This document shows positions 26,391 through 35,573 of a stretch of 64,000 bases of DNA, in pieces. The notes beneath the pieces were generated by a model. That model did no database searches and was not told where the DNA came from. It worked only from the letters and a program-made list of their open reading frames with translations. Position numbers and translations under genes: made by a program. Every line of letters begins with the position of its first letter. The stretch's first letter is position 1. The stretch lies in the IMG/VR virus record IMGVR_UViG_3300044630_006441, positions 32,001 to 96,000 of that record, one strand, 5' to 3'. Source of the stretch: a virus.

Positions 26391-26552
26391 GTCAGCGACA
26401 ACTCACTGTGAAAAGCAAGTTCGACCCATACAACCAGGCGCGGCCTGTTGATTCGGTCGAGGTTCAATGGACTCTGACTTACTAGGAGGGGCAAAGATGA
26501 CCCAGCTAATGACGATTGCGGCCCTGGTGGGAATTCACTGGCTGATTCTTTT
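26391..26552 (+). ncRNA. Candidate structured RNA or long leader upstream of the csrA-like gene
   Basis: TTCTTG-17-TATAGT at 26351-26379; stems GTCAGC/GCTGAT, TCGACC/GGTCGA, CAACCAGG/CCTGTTG, ACTAGG/CCTGGT; T-run at end. Confidence 0.45.
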
Positions 26553-26579
26553 TGGACACTGGAATAAGGAGAACCAAGA

Positions 26580-26762
26580 ATGAAAAAAGGATTGTTGCTC
26601 AAGAGACGAGAAGGCGAGTCTTGTCTGTGCTTTGTCGGACAAGACGACAGAGAGATTCTGCGAGTGATCGTAGAATCTATCCAGGGTAACTCTGTGCGAC
26701 TGCGGTTTGTTGCCGACGATTCGGTTGACATCCTGCGTTCCGAATTAGTGGAGAGCAAATGA
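26580..26762 (+). CDS. csrA: CsrA/RsmA-like carbon storage regulator
   Basis: LLLKRREGES...VIVESIQGNSVRLRFVADDSVDILRSEL matches the CsrA pattern. Confidence 0.75.
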   Translation: MKKGLLLKRREGESCLCFVGQDDREILRVIVESIQGNSVRLRFVADDSVDILRSELVESK

Positions 26763-27082
26763 ACAGAAAACCAAACAGGTTGCTTCGTATTCTTTTTAAA
26801 TGCGAGCAGGAAATACACAATCAATACGGGAACGACCCTGATGATTTGGCCAAGGGAGCGCCGCCACCCTGGTCGCAGAAACAGTGGGAATGGTTTCAAC
26901 AACGCGTCGAATTGTTCAAAACCGAGGCGGACTGGGCCACCGAAGAAGAAATGCGCACACTCCACAACTGGCTCGGGAAGAGCGCGCTAGAATTAAACGC
27001 CAAGGATGTTATTGTGCGGTCTTGCGTTGAAGGTCTTGTTCACACAGTCAATAAGTTTTTACACAGCAAAGGTCACCACTAA
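26759..27082 (+). CDS. Hypothetical protein
   Basis: Coupled to csrA-like gene. Confidence 0.62.
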   Translation: MNRKPNRLLRILFKCEQEIHNQYGNDPDDLAKGAPPPWSQKQWEWFQQRVELFKTEADWATEEEMRTLHNWLGKSALELNAKDVIVRSCVEGLVHTVNKFLHSKGHH

Positions 27083-27178
27083 TGAAGTTCATGATTGCGC
27101 TTTTCATCGTCGCCGCTTTCTTCAAGTCTTTTATGGATTCCTCCATGATGTACGCCGACAGCAAGGGCGGGAAATAGC

Positions 27179-27496
27179 ATGGGTCGTCATCCCATAGAAG
27201 AGATCACCGAGAAACAACGGGAAGTTCTCAGGCTGATCATCCTTGAAACTGAAAAGAATGGTTGCCAGCCCAGCCGCGATGAACTTGCGGCGAAGCTTGG
27301 AACCACCAAGCATGCGGTCAACCAGAAGGTTTGGCAGTTGTGCAAAAAAGGTTATCTGGTGCCGTCGACCAAGAAAGGGGAACGCTGCCTGGTCATCCCA
27401 GGCGTGCGGTTCCGGGCTGAGTTGGTCGACAGATCTGCGGCATCGGGCAATTTGCGGGTCATCGAAGAGATTCTCGAGGCCGCGAAAGCAAACTGA
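27179..27496 (+). CDS. LexA-type DNA-binding domain protein without peptidase domain
   Basis: ITEKQREVLRLI....EKNGCQPSRDELAAKLG.TKHAVNQKVWQLCKKGYL. Confidence 0.8.
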   Translation: MGRHPIEEITEKQREVLRLIILETEKNGCQPSRDELAAKLGTTKHAVNQKVWQLCKKGYLVPSTKKGERCLVIPGVRFRAELVDRSAASGNLRVIEEILEAAKAN

Positions 27497-27500
27497 GGCA

Positions 27501-27959
27501 TCAGCCCACGCTGACCCGCTGCTTCCATAGTTCAAGCTGCGGGCCAGCGCCCCTGAACATTTGCGTTCCATATATCCTGACAACCGTCAACATCTTCTTT
27601 GAGAGATTCTGGAACAACTCCTGACCGGCTGGGGAGTCCAGGGCGCCAGCCCAAACTTCCTGACCGGCCAGGTGCGCCAGGCCCGCGGGCGTTTGATGCG
27701 CCGCCACGGGATACAGCATCACGCCACTCTTGTCCGGCCTCAAATGGTCGGGAATCCAGCCGTATAAGAACGCGCAATTCCAGGAGCCGCAGACATCGGG
27801 GCGGGAGGGATCGGTCCAGATACCGCACCCACCGCCCTTCTTTCTGTGTTTGCAGTCTGTGTATTCTGGCTTGCCCAGCTCTCTCACTTCTAGCACTCGA
27901 CAGCAAACATCGCATTCCCCGCAGCTTTTTGTCAGCACATTCAACGGTATCTTTTTCAT
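27501..27959 (-). CDS. YkgJ-like Cys-cluster (Zn/Fe-chelating) protein
   Basis: CGECDVCC...CKH...GCGIW...RPDVC..WNC...RPD. Confidence 0.72.
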   Translation of the reverse strand: MKKIPLNVLTKSCGECDVCCRVLEVRELGKPEYTDCKHRKKGGGCGIWTDPSRPDVCGSWNCAFLYGWIPDHLRPDKSGVMLYPVAAHQTPAGLAHLAGQEVWAGALDSPAGQELFQNLSKKMLTVVRIYGTQMFRGAGPQLELWKQRVSVG

Positions 27960-28055
27960 GACGTTCCTTGATGGTTCGGTCCTGTCATCCTACTGGTTAT
28001 AAGTAGTTTGACATAGCCCCCGGTTGGGCAAGCCGTCGCATCAGCGGGACTGAGG

Positions 28056-28247
28056 TCAATGGTGCTGGTCGTAGACCCCGACCGTCGTGTAGTGGTCCTT
28101 CAGATAATATCTAAATATATCTGTCGTAAGCTTGGTGCCCGGTATGGTAATGAGGAGTTCACGGCCGGGAGAGGGGAAGGTCCCTCGCTGCCAGAGAACA
28201 GCGTTGTCCGACAGGACGACTCTGGCGGTCAAAGTGGTTTTAACCAT
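28056..28247 (-). CDS. Hypothetical protein
   Basis: Short ORF co-oriented with 27501-27959. Confidence 0.4.
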   Translation of the reverse strand: MVKTTLTARVVLSDNAVLWQRGTFPSPGRELLITIPGTKLTTDIFRYYLKDHYTTVGVYDQHH

Positions 28248-28649
28248 CCCAGGCTATTCTTAACCTTTTCGCCGGGCCTCCTCATACCCTGAACCCTAAG
28301 AAAACCTTAAACCCCTGGCATTCAACTCTGAACCCACACCACCCTGAAGCAGCGTCGACAGGAAGAAGGGTAAGCAGACCCCCAAGCCGGTGCGCGAAGC
28401 GTTGACGGTAGACGCCAAAGGTTGTGCTGCCCTCAACTCCAATGTCAGGTTTAAAGGTAAACCTGTCAGAAAAAGTAGCAAAAGTAACGATTGTTACAGA
28501 TTAATGAAGAATTCTTATTGACAGCAAAAAAACAAAAGAATAAGTATGGGTAAGTTGAGGTGATTGACGCCCGCAATAATCTCAATTTTGTTATGGAGAA
28601 TCATGGTCAAGAATGACCCTTGGTCCTGTCCCCAGATCGAGGCTTTTAA

Positions 28650-29216
28650 ATGGATATTGATCACGATGATCCCGTGGCCGCTCTTTACCTGAATGGTTAT
28701 TTGGATGCCATTTTCAGGAAGAGGCCCCTGCTCAGGCGGGAATGGGATGTGGAAGACCTGTGCCAAGAACTCTCGATGAGTTACATTCGCAAGGTCCCCG
28801 AAGAAAAGAGAAAGGCCTTGTCGGAAAAACACAAGGAATATCTCGTCAAGCGCATGGCCGTCCAACTGTCCAAGGACAAGCTGCGCCAGATGCAGCGGGC
28901 CAAGCGCGACTGCCGCCGCTCAGTTCAGTCTGAATCCGATTTTGTGATGGCGGAAGGCAGTGTGCTGCAAGGCCTGTGTGACCAGGAGTCCTGGGAGTCT
29001 GTGCGTCGACGCATCGACGATGAGACCTGGTTGGTCTTCTGCATGAGGAACAACGGCTTCAAGTGGGACAGGATTGCCCGCCAGATGGGCCGGGACAATC
29101 ACAACGCCGTGCGGATGCGTTATTGTCGGAACATCAAGAGACTGGCTATCCTTTTTCAGGGTGGCAACGGAGTCTCTGATGATCGAACGGCGCGGGGACT
29201 TGTTCGCCCAGCATGA
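28650..29216 (+). CDS. ECF-type sigma factor
   Basis: DVEDLCQE (region 2); QRAKRDCRR motif; region 4 GFKWDRIARQMG..NAVRMRYCR. Confidence 0.78.
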   Translation: MDIDHDDPVAALYLNGYLDAIFRKRPLLRREWDVEDLCQELSMSYIRKVPEEKRKALSEKHKEYLVKRMAVQLSKDKLRQMQRAKRDCRRSVQSESDFVMAEGSVLQGLCDQESWESVRRRIDDETWLVFCMRNNGFKWDRIARQMGRDNHNAVRMRYCRNIKRLAILFQGGNGVSDDRTARGLVRPA

Positions 29217-29598
29217 CTGGATAGGCATCCCGACCAATGGAACCGTCACGCACTCCAAGGCAGGCCCGAAGCTTGTCATGGGTTCAGGTCTCGCCAAAGA
29301 GGCGCGTGACAAATGGCCGGGGCTGGATCAGTTCTGGGGCCAGCATGTGCGGGATCATGGCAATGTCCCGTGCGAGGCACCCTGGTTGCGGCTGATCTCG
29401 GTCCCAACACAACATCATTTTTCTGAAAGATCTGATCTAGGATTGATTCAACGCTCGGCGCTGTTCCTGGCGCACTGGGCGTGGGAGCAGAAAATCGAAC
29501 TGGTTTACCTGCCCAGGCTTGGGTGTGGCCTGCGGTGGTCCGAGGTGAAGCCTTTGCTCGAAGGCATACTCGATGACCGTTTTATTATCTTGAATTAG
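29179..29598 (+). CDS. Macrodomain (ADP-ribose binding or hydrolase) protein
   Basis: GDLF...IPTN...MGSGLAKEARDKWP...VPTQHH...LPRLGCG. Confidence 0.8.
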   Translation: MIERRGDLFAQHDWIGIPTNGTVTHSKAGPKLVMGSGLAKEARDKWPGLDQFWGQHVRDHGNVPCEAPWLRLISVPTQHHFSERSDLGLIQRSALFLAHWAWEQKIELVYLPRLGCGLRWSEVKPLLEGILDDRFIILN

Positions 29599-29624
29599 AA
29601 GGGGTGCTGCGGCGCCCCTTTTTT
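29599..29624 (+). terminator. Rho-independent terminator
   Basis: AAGGGGTGC/GCGCCCCTT stem plus T-run. Confidence 0.75.
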
Positions 29625-29742
29625 ATTTATCTCCACTGCACTAATCCGCCCACATTTCCATGCTTGGCAGGGTAGTATCTGTCGAGTGATCCTTCTAATC
29701 AAACCGGGGTATAGTCCTATGATAAATCCAGGAGCGCCTGCT

Positions 29743-30210
29743 ATGGACATCTCGGTTGAATATATGGTTAAGCGTCATCTGCCAGATGTTCTTGAAGTAG
29801 AACGTGCAGCATGGACTTATAACGACAAAGACTTCGGTGAGATACTCCATCCTTTCCATTGGGATGAAGGAAAGTTTATTGCCGAAGTGCGTCGAAAATC
29901 TACCGTGTTTTACGTTGCCGCCGAAGGGCCGGTAGTGGGTGGGTTTGCGGTGGTCTCCCGCAACAAGGACCGTTCCAGCACCACGGTGGAACGCCTGGCT
30001 GTCCACCCTCTTTTCCGTCGACGCGGTCTTGGCTCTGCCATGCTCGAAGAGATCCTCACCCGAAGCGTGAGCAATAAATTCACGGCGCATGTTCGCGAGC
30101 ACGACGAAGACTCGATCTACTTTTTCCGGGCCAAGGGGTGGCAGGGCAAGCTGGCCCCCAACCTGTATGGTCGTGACCAGGACGGAATCATTTTCTCTCG
30201 TCCAGACTAA
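29743..30210 (+). CDS. GNAT (RimI-like) acetyltransferase
   Basis: LAVHPLFRRRGLGSAML motif A; VRE.D..SIYFFRAKGW. Confidence 0.85.
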   Translation: MDISVEYMVKRHLPDVLEVERAAWTYNDKDFGEILHPFHWDEGKFIAEVRRKSTVFYVAAEGPVVGGFAVVSRNKDRSSTTVERLAVHPLFRRRGLGSAMLEEILTRSVSNKFTAHVREHDEDSIYFFRAKGWQGKLAPNLYGRDQDGIIFSRPD

Positions 30211-30279
30211 TTACTTAACAATCATCCTAGTCAAGAATATGCTGACATTGTCAGCCTCTATTCTTTTCTAGGAACGACC

Positions 30280-30768
30280 ATGCCAAACCAGCTGCTTGAA
30301 GACGCACGGGACATTCTCGATTCCCTGTTGCAGGTCAGCCAGAACTCACCCTTCCATCAACGCGTCACGGACGCCTATGTCAATGTCTCCCGGGGCATTG
30401 AGGAACTAAAGAAGGCCATCTCCGACCGGGAAACCGCCTTCCAGCAGCAGCTCATCCACGAGGCCATGAAGCCCACCTGGGCCTCTACCGCTGACGTGGA
30501 AAAGGCTATCTCCAGCGAAAACCCTGCTTCCCATCTGATCTCGATCCGCCCCACCGACAAGTTCGAGGGGTTCGAGCTGACCAACGCCCTGTTCCAGACC
30601 AAGGTCATCCCGATCGCCGTGGTCACAACACCGGCAAACGCCGCCGAGAAGCAGATCACCCTCAACGCCATCACCATCATCGATGGCGGACTCAAGATCG
30701 CCTTCGGCCCCGATGACCGCTTCTATTCGGTTGAGACGGCCACCCTGCTTGCCGAGGAGGTTTCATGA
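30280..30768 (+). CDS. Hypothetical protein
   Basis: AGGA RBS; strong coding bias. Confidence 0.7.
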   Translation: MPNQLLEDARDILDSLLQVSQNSPFHQRVTDAYVNVSRGIEELKKAISDRETAFQQQLIHEAMKPTWASTADVEKAISSENPASHLISIRPTDKFEGFELTNALFQTKVIPIAVVTTPANAAEKQITLNAITIIDGGLKIAFGPDDRFYSVETATLLAEEVS

Positions 30769-30983
30769 TCCGCACCTTGGTTGAAGGTGATTTGATGACG
30801 ATCGCGGATTACCGGCTGTACCGCTGGTTTGACGCGATCGAGAAGGCGAAGACGACCGGTTACCGTGTCGTTTCGGTGCGGTGTGTGCGTGGTTGGTTTT
30901 TCAATTCTTATGTCGCGGCATTGACTCTCAGTTCGGGTTTCAATGTCGATTTTACGATTGGTCCTGTGCGGACACGTTCTTAG
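30765..30983 (+). CDS. Hypothetical protein
   Basis: GAGGAGG RBS; coupled. Confidence 0.6.
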   Translation: MIRTLVEGDLMTIADYRLYRWFDAIEKAKTTGYRVVSVRCVRGWFFNSYVAALTLSSGFNVDFTIGPVRTRS

Positions 30984-30992
30984 GAGATTGCC

Positions 30993-31316
30993 ATGTCCTT
31001 GATTTTGACAGACAGCCAGGAAGTCACCCTTTCAGTCACGCCGGTCAGCAGGGCGGGGAATGTCGTTGGGGTTGAGACCCCGACATGGGCCTCGTCTGAC
31101 CCGTCGGTCCTTGAAGTCCAGGTCGACGAGAAAGACCCACTCAAAGTCCTGGTCAAGACGACCGGCAAGGTTGGTTCGGCCCAGGTCCAGTTCTCCTGCG
31201 ACGCCAAGCTTGGCGAGGGTGTCAGCCCTCTCCTGTCCACCCTGGATGTCGAAGTGGTTGCCGGTGAGGCCGTCAACCTGAAGATCGACGCCGCCACCCC
31301 CACCGAGAAGGCGTAA
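30993..31316 (+). CDS. Ig-like domain protein
   Basis: VTLSVTPV..AGN....PTWASSDPSVLEV beta-sandwich pattern. Confidence 0.68.
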   Translation: MSLILTDSQEVTLSVTPVSRAGNVVGVETPTWASSDPSVLEVQVDEKDPLKVLVKTTGKVGSAQVQFSCDAKLGEGVSPLLSTLDVEVVAGEAVNLKIDAATPTEKA

Positions 31317-31324
31317 GAAGCCCT

Positions 31325-31582
31325 ATGGTAAAGCGCGCAAAATACGTCGAAGCCCTTCAAAAGATGAATGATGATTCCTTTTGGGACGGCATCTACGACG
31401 ATGTCGAGCGGCTTTACCTCATGGAGCCACTCATCAATGCCATGGAGGCGTTCGCTGTCGCTGACCAGGCCCTTGCTCTCGCCAAGGAGGTGATCATCTC
31501 TTTGGTGGAGGGCAAGCCTGGGGCGAAGGCGATGGCGGAATTATTCCTGAAGGAGATTGCCGATGAACCCGATGGCCCTTGA
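31325..31582 (+). CDS. Hypothetical protein
   Basis: Operon context. Confidence 0.6.
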   Translation: MVKRAKYVEALQKMNDDSFWDGIYDDVERLYLMEPLINAMEAFAVADQALALAKEVIISLVEGKPGAKAMAELFLKEIADEPDGP

Positions 31583-31895
31583 GGAGGCTGGGTTCAAGGA
31601 GTTGCCTGTCCCGGCCATGTGGAACTGCACAAGGCTGTGGGGCTACTGCCGGAAAGATAAGCGCGGACGCCAATTCACCGTCAATGTCCGCTACTACGAC
31701 CTCAGAAAATACCACTACAACGGAGAATCCTGGGACGCCATCTCTCAGTTCTGGTTCCGGATCAACGACAGGGAATGCACCACCAATGTGGAACTGATGG
31801 ACATCGAGGGCATGTCACCTGAGGACATCATCGATTGGTTCCATAGCGTCTGGCAGGATATGGGCGCGCATCACGACAAAATGTGGGGAGAGTAG
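31557..31895 (+). CDS. Hypothetical protein, paralog of 32702-33022
   Basis: Shared GF(K/R)E..VP, YYD.RKY, WF.S.WQ.MGA. Confidence 0.7.
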   Translation: MPMNPMALEEAGFKELPVPAMWNCTRLWGYCRKDKRGRQFTVNVRYYDLRKYHYNGESWDAISQFWFRINDRECTTNVELMDIEGMSPEDIIDWFHSVWQDMGAHHDKMWGE

Positions 31896-31896
31896 G

Positions 31897-32175
31897 ATGC
31901 CGAAGCATTGGCATGATTCCATCAGGATTCAGCAACCCGCCGACATGAAAGCGGGCAAGGACGAGATTCAGACATTGGACATCAAGGTCGAACCCGCAGA
32001 CGACCGCCATTACATCGTCATCAAGACCAAGCGGTGGGCCTTCGAGGTGGATGAGCTGGAAGACTTCATCGTCTACCTCAAGCAGTTGTGTCAGTCGGCC
32101 GACCAGGCCGTGGATGAGGCGCTGTCCTCGACCGAGTTCCCTGGCTGTGAAAGTTTCCGTTTGGGGGTGAAGTGA
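31897..32175 (+). CDS. Hypothetical protein
   Basis: YIVIKTKRWAF motif. Confidence 0.68.
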   Translation: MPKHWHDSIRIQQPADMKAGKDEIQTLDIKVEPADDRHYIVIKTKRWAFEVDELEDFIVYLKQLCQSADQAVDEALSSTEFPGCESFRLGVK

Positions 32176-32702
32176 TGTTGACCGAGGGCGAACTGAATGC
32201 GATTGCCAAGCGGGTGGAGAATGCTACCCCGGGTCCCTGGTTCCCGGCTGCCACCGATGATGATGTGGCCATGAGTGCTTGCTATGTGACCACGACCCCG
32301 TGCAGGTTTGAGCACGATAACAAATTTGGTATGGCGCCTGAAACGGCCGACTTCGACAATGTCATTTGCGTGACGCTGTTGCAACACCCTCGTCTGGCCT
32401 GCCACAAGTCCGACAAGTGGGACGAGAACACGGAATTCATCGCCCATGCCCGTGAGGACGTGCCCGCCCTCGTCGAGACAACCAGGGCCTTGATGGTAGA
32501 CAACGGCGAGCTTCAGTCGTTGTGCGGCATGATGAACATGAAGATCGAGAAGCTGGAGCTTTTGCTGAAGGTGATCGCCCGCCACCCGTCCGTGCTGAAT
32601 CTCCCCATCCGCGACATGGACAACAAGACAACCGGCTCCCTCATCCTGTCAGACAAGATTGACGACATCTCCAATCTGCTGTTTTTGTTGGAGCAACAGT
32701 AA
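32172..32702 (+). CDS. Ead/Ea22-like protein
   Basis: ATPGPW...NTEFIAHAREDVPALV. Confidence 0.72.
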   Translation: MMLTEGELNAIAKRVENATPGPWFPAATDDDVAMSACYVTTTPCRFEHDNKFGMAPETADFDNVICVTLLQHPRLACHKSDKWDENTEFIAHAREDVPALVETTRALMVDNGELQSLCGMMNMKIEKLELLLKVIARHPSVLNLPIRDMDNKTTGSLILSDKIDDISNLLFLLEQQ

Positions 32703-33022
32703 TGGACATTGAATCCATCCTGGCGTCTGGCTTCAGGGAATTCGGCGTCCCGCCTGGACTTTCGTGCGACCGCTTTTTCCAGAGGCCGGAGCGGGATGAG
32801 AATGGCGACTGCTATTTTTTGAACATTGGATACTACGACAACAGGAAATATGTGGGCGGGCACGAAGGGTACCAGGCAGATGTCCAGTTTTACATGGGCG
32901 ATTATTACGCAAATCTTTCTGTCTCGATCCCGCGCAACAAGAATATCGAAGAGGTTGTCTGCTGGTTCAAGTCGATGTGGCAGAAGATGGGGGCGGGGTA
33001 CGCCAGGAGAAATTCGGAATGA
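32702..33022 (+). CDS. Hypothetical protein, paralog of 31557-31895
   Basis: See paralog. Confidence 0.7.
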   Translation: MDIESILASGFREFGVPPGLSCDRFFQRPERDENGDCYFLNIGYYDNRKYVGGHEGYQADVQFYMGDYYANLSVSIPRNKNIEEVVCWFKSMWQKMGAGYARRNSE

Positions 33023-33234
33023 ACGCCATCACCAAGACGGAAGTTGTGATCAAGAATTCCGGAGACGGAGTCTGGAAGTGGCTTGTTGAAGTCGAGTATT
33101 TTTTTGACGGCGATACCTGGAGAATCCTTGAGGAAGGGATCGAGTCCTCGTATCTGACAGCCAAAGAAGCCGCCGATGAATCGCTCTACCAGACAGAGAA
33201 AGAGATTCTGGCAGAACAACGCAGCAAGGAGTAG
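33019..33234 (+). CDS. Hypothetical protein
   Basis: AGGAG RBS; coupled. Confidence 0.58.
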   Translation: MNAITKTEVVIKNSGDGVWKWLVEVEYFFDGDTWRILEEGIESSYLTAKEAADESLYQTEKEILAEQRSKE

Positions 33235-33237
33235 ACC

Positions 33238-33477
33238 ATGGAAAATTCCGACTATTGGAAAAATCAATATAATTTTGAAAAATCAGAAAAGAAATTTTTA
33301 ATTTTTTTATTGGGTGGTATGTGTTTGTTTGTGGCGATTATGAATCTACTTATTTCTATATCTTCAGCAAGAAAAGACAGTGAAATTTTGAAATTGAAAA
33401 AACAAATAGTGTCCAACGCCTGGGACCAGGAATGGGCAAAAAAATTGATCGCCGAGGACTATAGCAATGACAAATGA
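33238..33477 (+). CDS. Small membrane protein (AT-rich gene)
   Basis: One hydrophobic helix; AAGGAG RBS. Confidence 0.6.
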   Translation: MENSDYWKNQYNFEKSEKKFLIFLLGGMCLFVAIMNLLISISSARKDSEILKLKKQIVSNAWDQEWAKKLIAEDYSNDK

Positions 33478-33670
33478 ACAGCTTTTAGAAATGACAAAGT
33501 CTGGCCATTGTTACCCCTTCCCGACCGATCGTGAGGCTATCAGCAGGCTGGCCGCTGAATTGCTGCGGGTTCGTATGATCGTGCAAACCCAGTCCCCCGC
33601 CTACATCGTCCGCGGTGATCGTTACATTGCTGACTGGGCAAAAGCTATTCTGAATGGCGAAGATCTTTGA
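33467..33670 (+). CDS. Hypothetical protein
   Basis: GAGGA RBS. Confidence 0.58.
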   Translation: MTNEQLLEMTKSGHCYPFPTDREAISRLAAELLRVRMIVQTQSPAYIVRGDRYIADWAKAILNGEDL

Positions 33671-33757
33671 GGCCTAAGTTACGGCCCAAGCTAATGTTAG
33701 ATCTGCATAAGCTATGCAAAAAGCTATTCGCAAAACGGCGACAGGAGGAAGCTGACA

Positions 33758-34003
33758 ATGGCAGATGAAGAAGATGATGAGCGTTTACAGCAACTTAGGC
33801 GGGATATTAAGTGGGCAAGCGATCTTTTGTGGTTTGTCTGTTGTTGGGCGACTACCACGGGGGTCGGCTTGTTTTTGTTGTCGTTGATCGCTCAAAACTC
33901 TGGTGATTTGCTGGCGTCGGAAACTTTATGGTATAGTGGTTGGCACCTAATATCTGTTGGGTTGTGTGGGTTGTTAGTTTGGAAGTTGCAGGATTTCATT
34001 TAA
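33758..34003 (+). CDS. Two-helix membrane protein
   Basis: Two hydrophobic segments; AGGAGG RBS. Confidence 0.58.
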   Translation: MADEEDDERLQQLRRDIKWASDLLWFVCCWATTTGVGLFLLSLIAQNSGDLLASETLWYSGWHLISVGLCGLLVWKLQDFI

Positions 34004-34044
34004 AATCGGGTAGCAGCTACCTGAATTTGGGGGAGGGGTGTTTC

Positions 34045-34557
34045 ATGAATTGGTCAGAAATTTTTGAATACAATGACGGGAAACTTTTTTGGAAAGTTTC
34101 TTTTAGTAGTAGGATCTTAGTTGGATCTGAGGCTGGATTTTGTTCGGACCAATATCTTGCTGTTGTAATCCACAGAAAACGATTTTTTATTCACCGGATT
34201 ATATGGGAAATGCACATCGGGCCGATCCAGAATAAAATGTTTATCAAACACATTGATGGCGATCGAAAAAACAATAGGATCTCCAATTTAAGATTGGTGA
34301 CTCGCTCACAACTTCTATCTGATTTACATAAGCCAAGATACAGGATCGGTAGAACGTCAGAATTTCTTGGTGTCTCTTGGTGTGCCTCCAATCAAAGATG
34401 GACAGCTCAAATATGCTCAAATGGTAAACGCTATAGTTTAGGTAGTTTTACTTCAGAATTTGAAGCCAATAACGCTTACATACAAGCAAAATTAAAGCTT
34501 CACGATAAAATTGCCGATTTGTCTTTGCCACACCAACTGCTGGCTGAGGAGAAATAA
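34045..34557 (+). CDS. HNH homing endonuclease with AP2-like domain
   Basis: HRIIWEMH...KHIDGDRKNNRISNLR; TSEFLGVSW...WTAQI...LGSF..E.EA..AY. Confidence 0.88.
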   Translation: MNWSEIFEYNDGKLFWKVSFSSRILVGSEAGFCSDQYLAVVIHRKRFFIHRIIWEMHIGPIQNKMFIKHIDGDRKNNRISNLRLVTRSQLLSDLHKPRYRIGRTSEFLGVSWCASNQRWTAQICSNGKRYSLGSFTSEFEANNAYIQAKLKLHDKIADLSLPHQLLAEEK

Positions 34558-34757
34558 TGGAAGAGATTTTAAGTAGCCGAGATTTGGTTGATATTGTGAA
34601 GCTGCTGGCTATTTGTCTTGACAAAAGCTATCCAGCAGATCGAGAAATTGCTCGCAAAGCGATCATTGAGATTCTCGAAAATAAACCTGTGGTCGTTCGT
34701 GACCTAGACGGCAAAATATTAAATAACCCCACCGGCCCGCTGCCTGGGGGTGAGTGA
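34557..34757 (+). CDS. Hypothetical protein
   Basis: Coupled; ends in GPLPGGE. Confidence 0.55.
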   Translation: MEEILSSRDLVDIVKLLAICLDKSYPADREIARKAIIEILENKPVVVRDLDGKILNNPTGPLPGGE

Positions 34758-35071
34758 TGAGCGACAATTGGTCCACATGGCATTGCGAGAAGTGTCAGAT
34801 TGTTTTGCCGTGGAAAGACGGCATGGAAAACCTGAAGTGTGTTGGCTGTGAGATGAAGGCCGAGAACGCCAGGCTGCGTGACCAGCTTCGCTGGCGAGAT
34901 GCAAAAACTGAAAAGCCACAAGAAGGCGAATTGTGCCTGATTGTCATGCGAAATATGATTTGGCCTAATGTGATTCAGTATTCCGAGTTTGGTTCCTACC
35001 GTAGCCCTTGGGATACAGACTTTATTTTGCACTGGAGACCCGTTGGCCCGCTGCCTGGGGGTGAACGATGA
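34754..35071 (+). CDS. DUF551-like phage protein
   Basis: LRWRDAKTEKP...HWRPVGPLP. Confidence 0.65.
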   Translation: MMSDNWSTWHCEKCQIVLPWKDGMENLKCVGCEMKAENARLRDQLRWRDAKTEKPQEGELCLIVMRNMIWPNVIQYSEFGSYRSPWDTDFILHWRPVGPLPGGER

Positions 35072-35364
35072 CTGTGAGCTTGGTTGAAATGCTGGGTCTC
35101 GACTTGTTGTCAAAAGTGGGTAGCAAGATCGCTGAGCTAGAAACGGAGAATGTCGAGTTGCGTGAACAGCTCCGCTGGCGTAAGTGGCCGGAGGAGAAGC
35201 CGGAGGAAACTGGACGCAATCCATACACGGTGATTTTGGGCTGTGATTGCGTGCAAGCTACATTCTCATCTGGCAGATGGTTGATGGACGAGCGCATGAG
35301 CTTTGAAGATGTTGCTGACATGGTAACCCACTGGCGACCAATTGGCGAACTGCCGGGAGAGTGA
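35068..35364 (+). CDS. DUF551-like phage protein
   Basis: LRWRKWPEEKP...VTHWRPIGELP. Confidence 0.65.
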   Translation: MTVSLVEMLGLDLLSKVGSKIAELETENVELREQLRWRKWPEEKPEETGRNPYTVILGCDCVQATFSSGRWLMDERMSFEDVADMVTHWRPIGELPGE

Positions 35365-35573
35365 GCGATGAGCAATTGGTTCTGCCCAGACTGCGTTGGC
35401 TTGTTATTGCAATTGTTCAAATACTCCAGGAGTTGATTGTGGATAAGCCGCTACTATTTTTAATCGCTGGCTATTTTGGCGGGCAGATGTTAGCGTATTT
35501 GTTTTTGTTTGGAATGAGTTTTATACGAGTCAAAAAAAGAAGGATGAGTGATGAACGGCAACGATTTAGGTAG
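35361..35573 (+). CDS. Small membrane protein
   Basis: Two hydrophobic segments; GTGA overlap. Confidence 0.5.
   Translation: MSDEQLVLPRLRWLVIAIVQILQELIVDKPLLFLIAGYFGGQMLAYLFLFGMSFIRVKKRRMSDERQRFR

Noticed and set aside
26495-26520. Fluoride riboswitch (GCTAATGAC)
   Set aside because: The 5' GATGG/pseudoknot partner and P1 are not present
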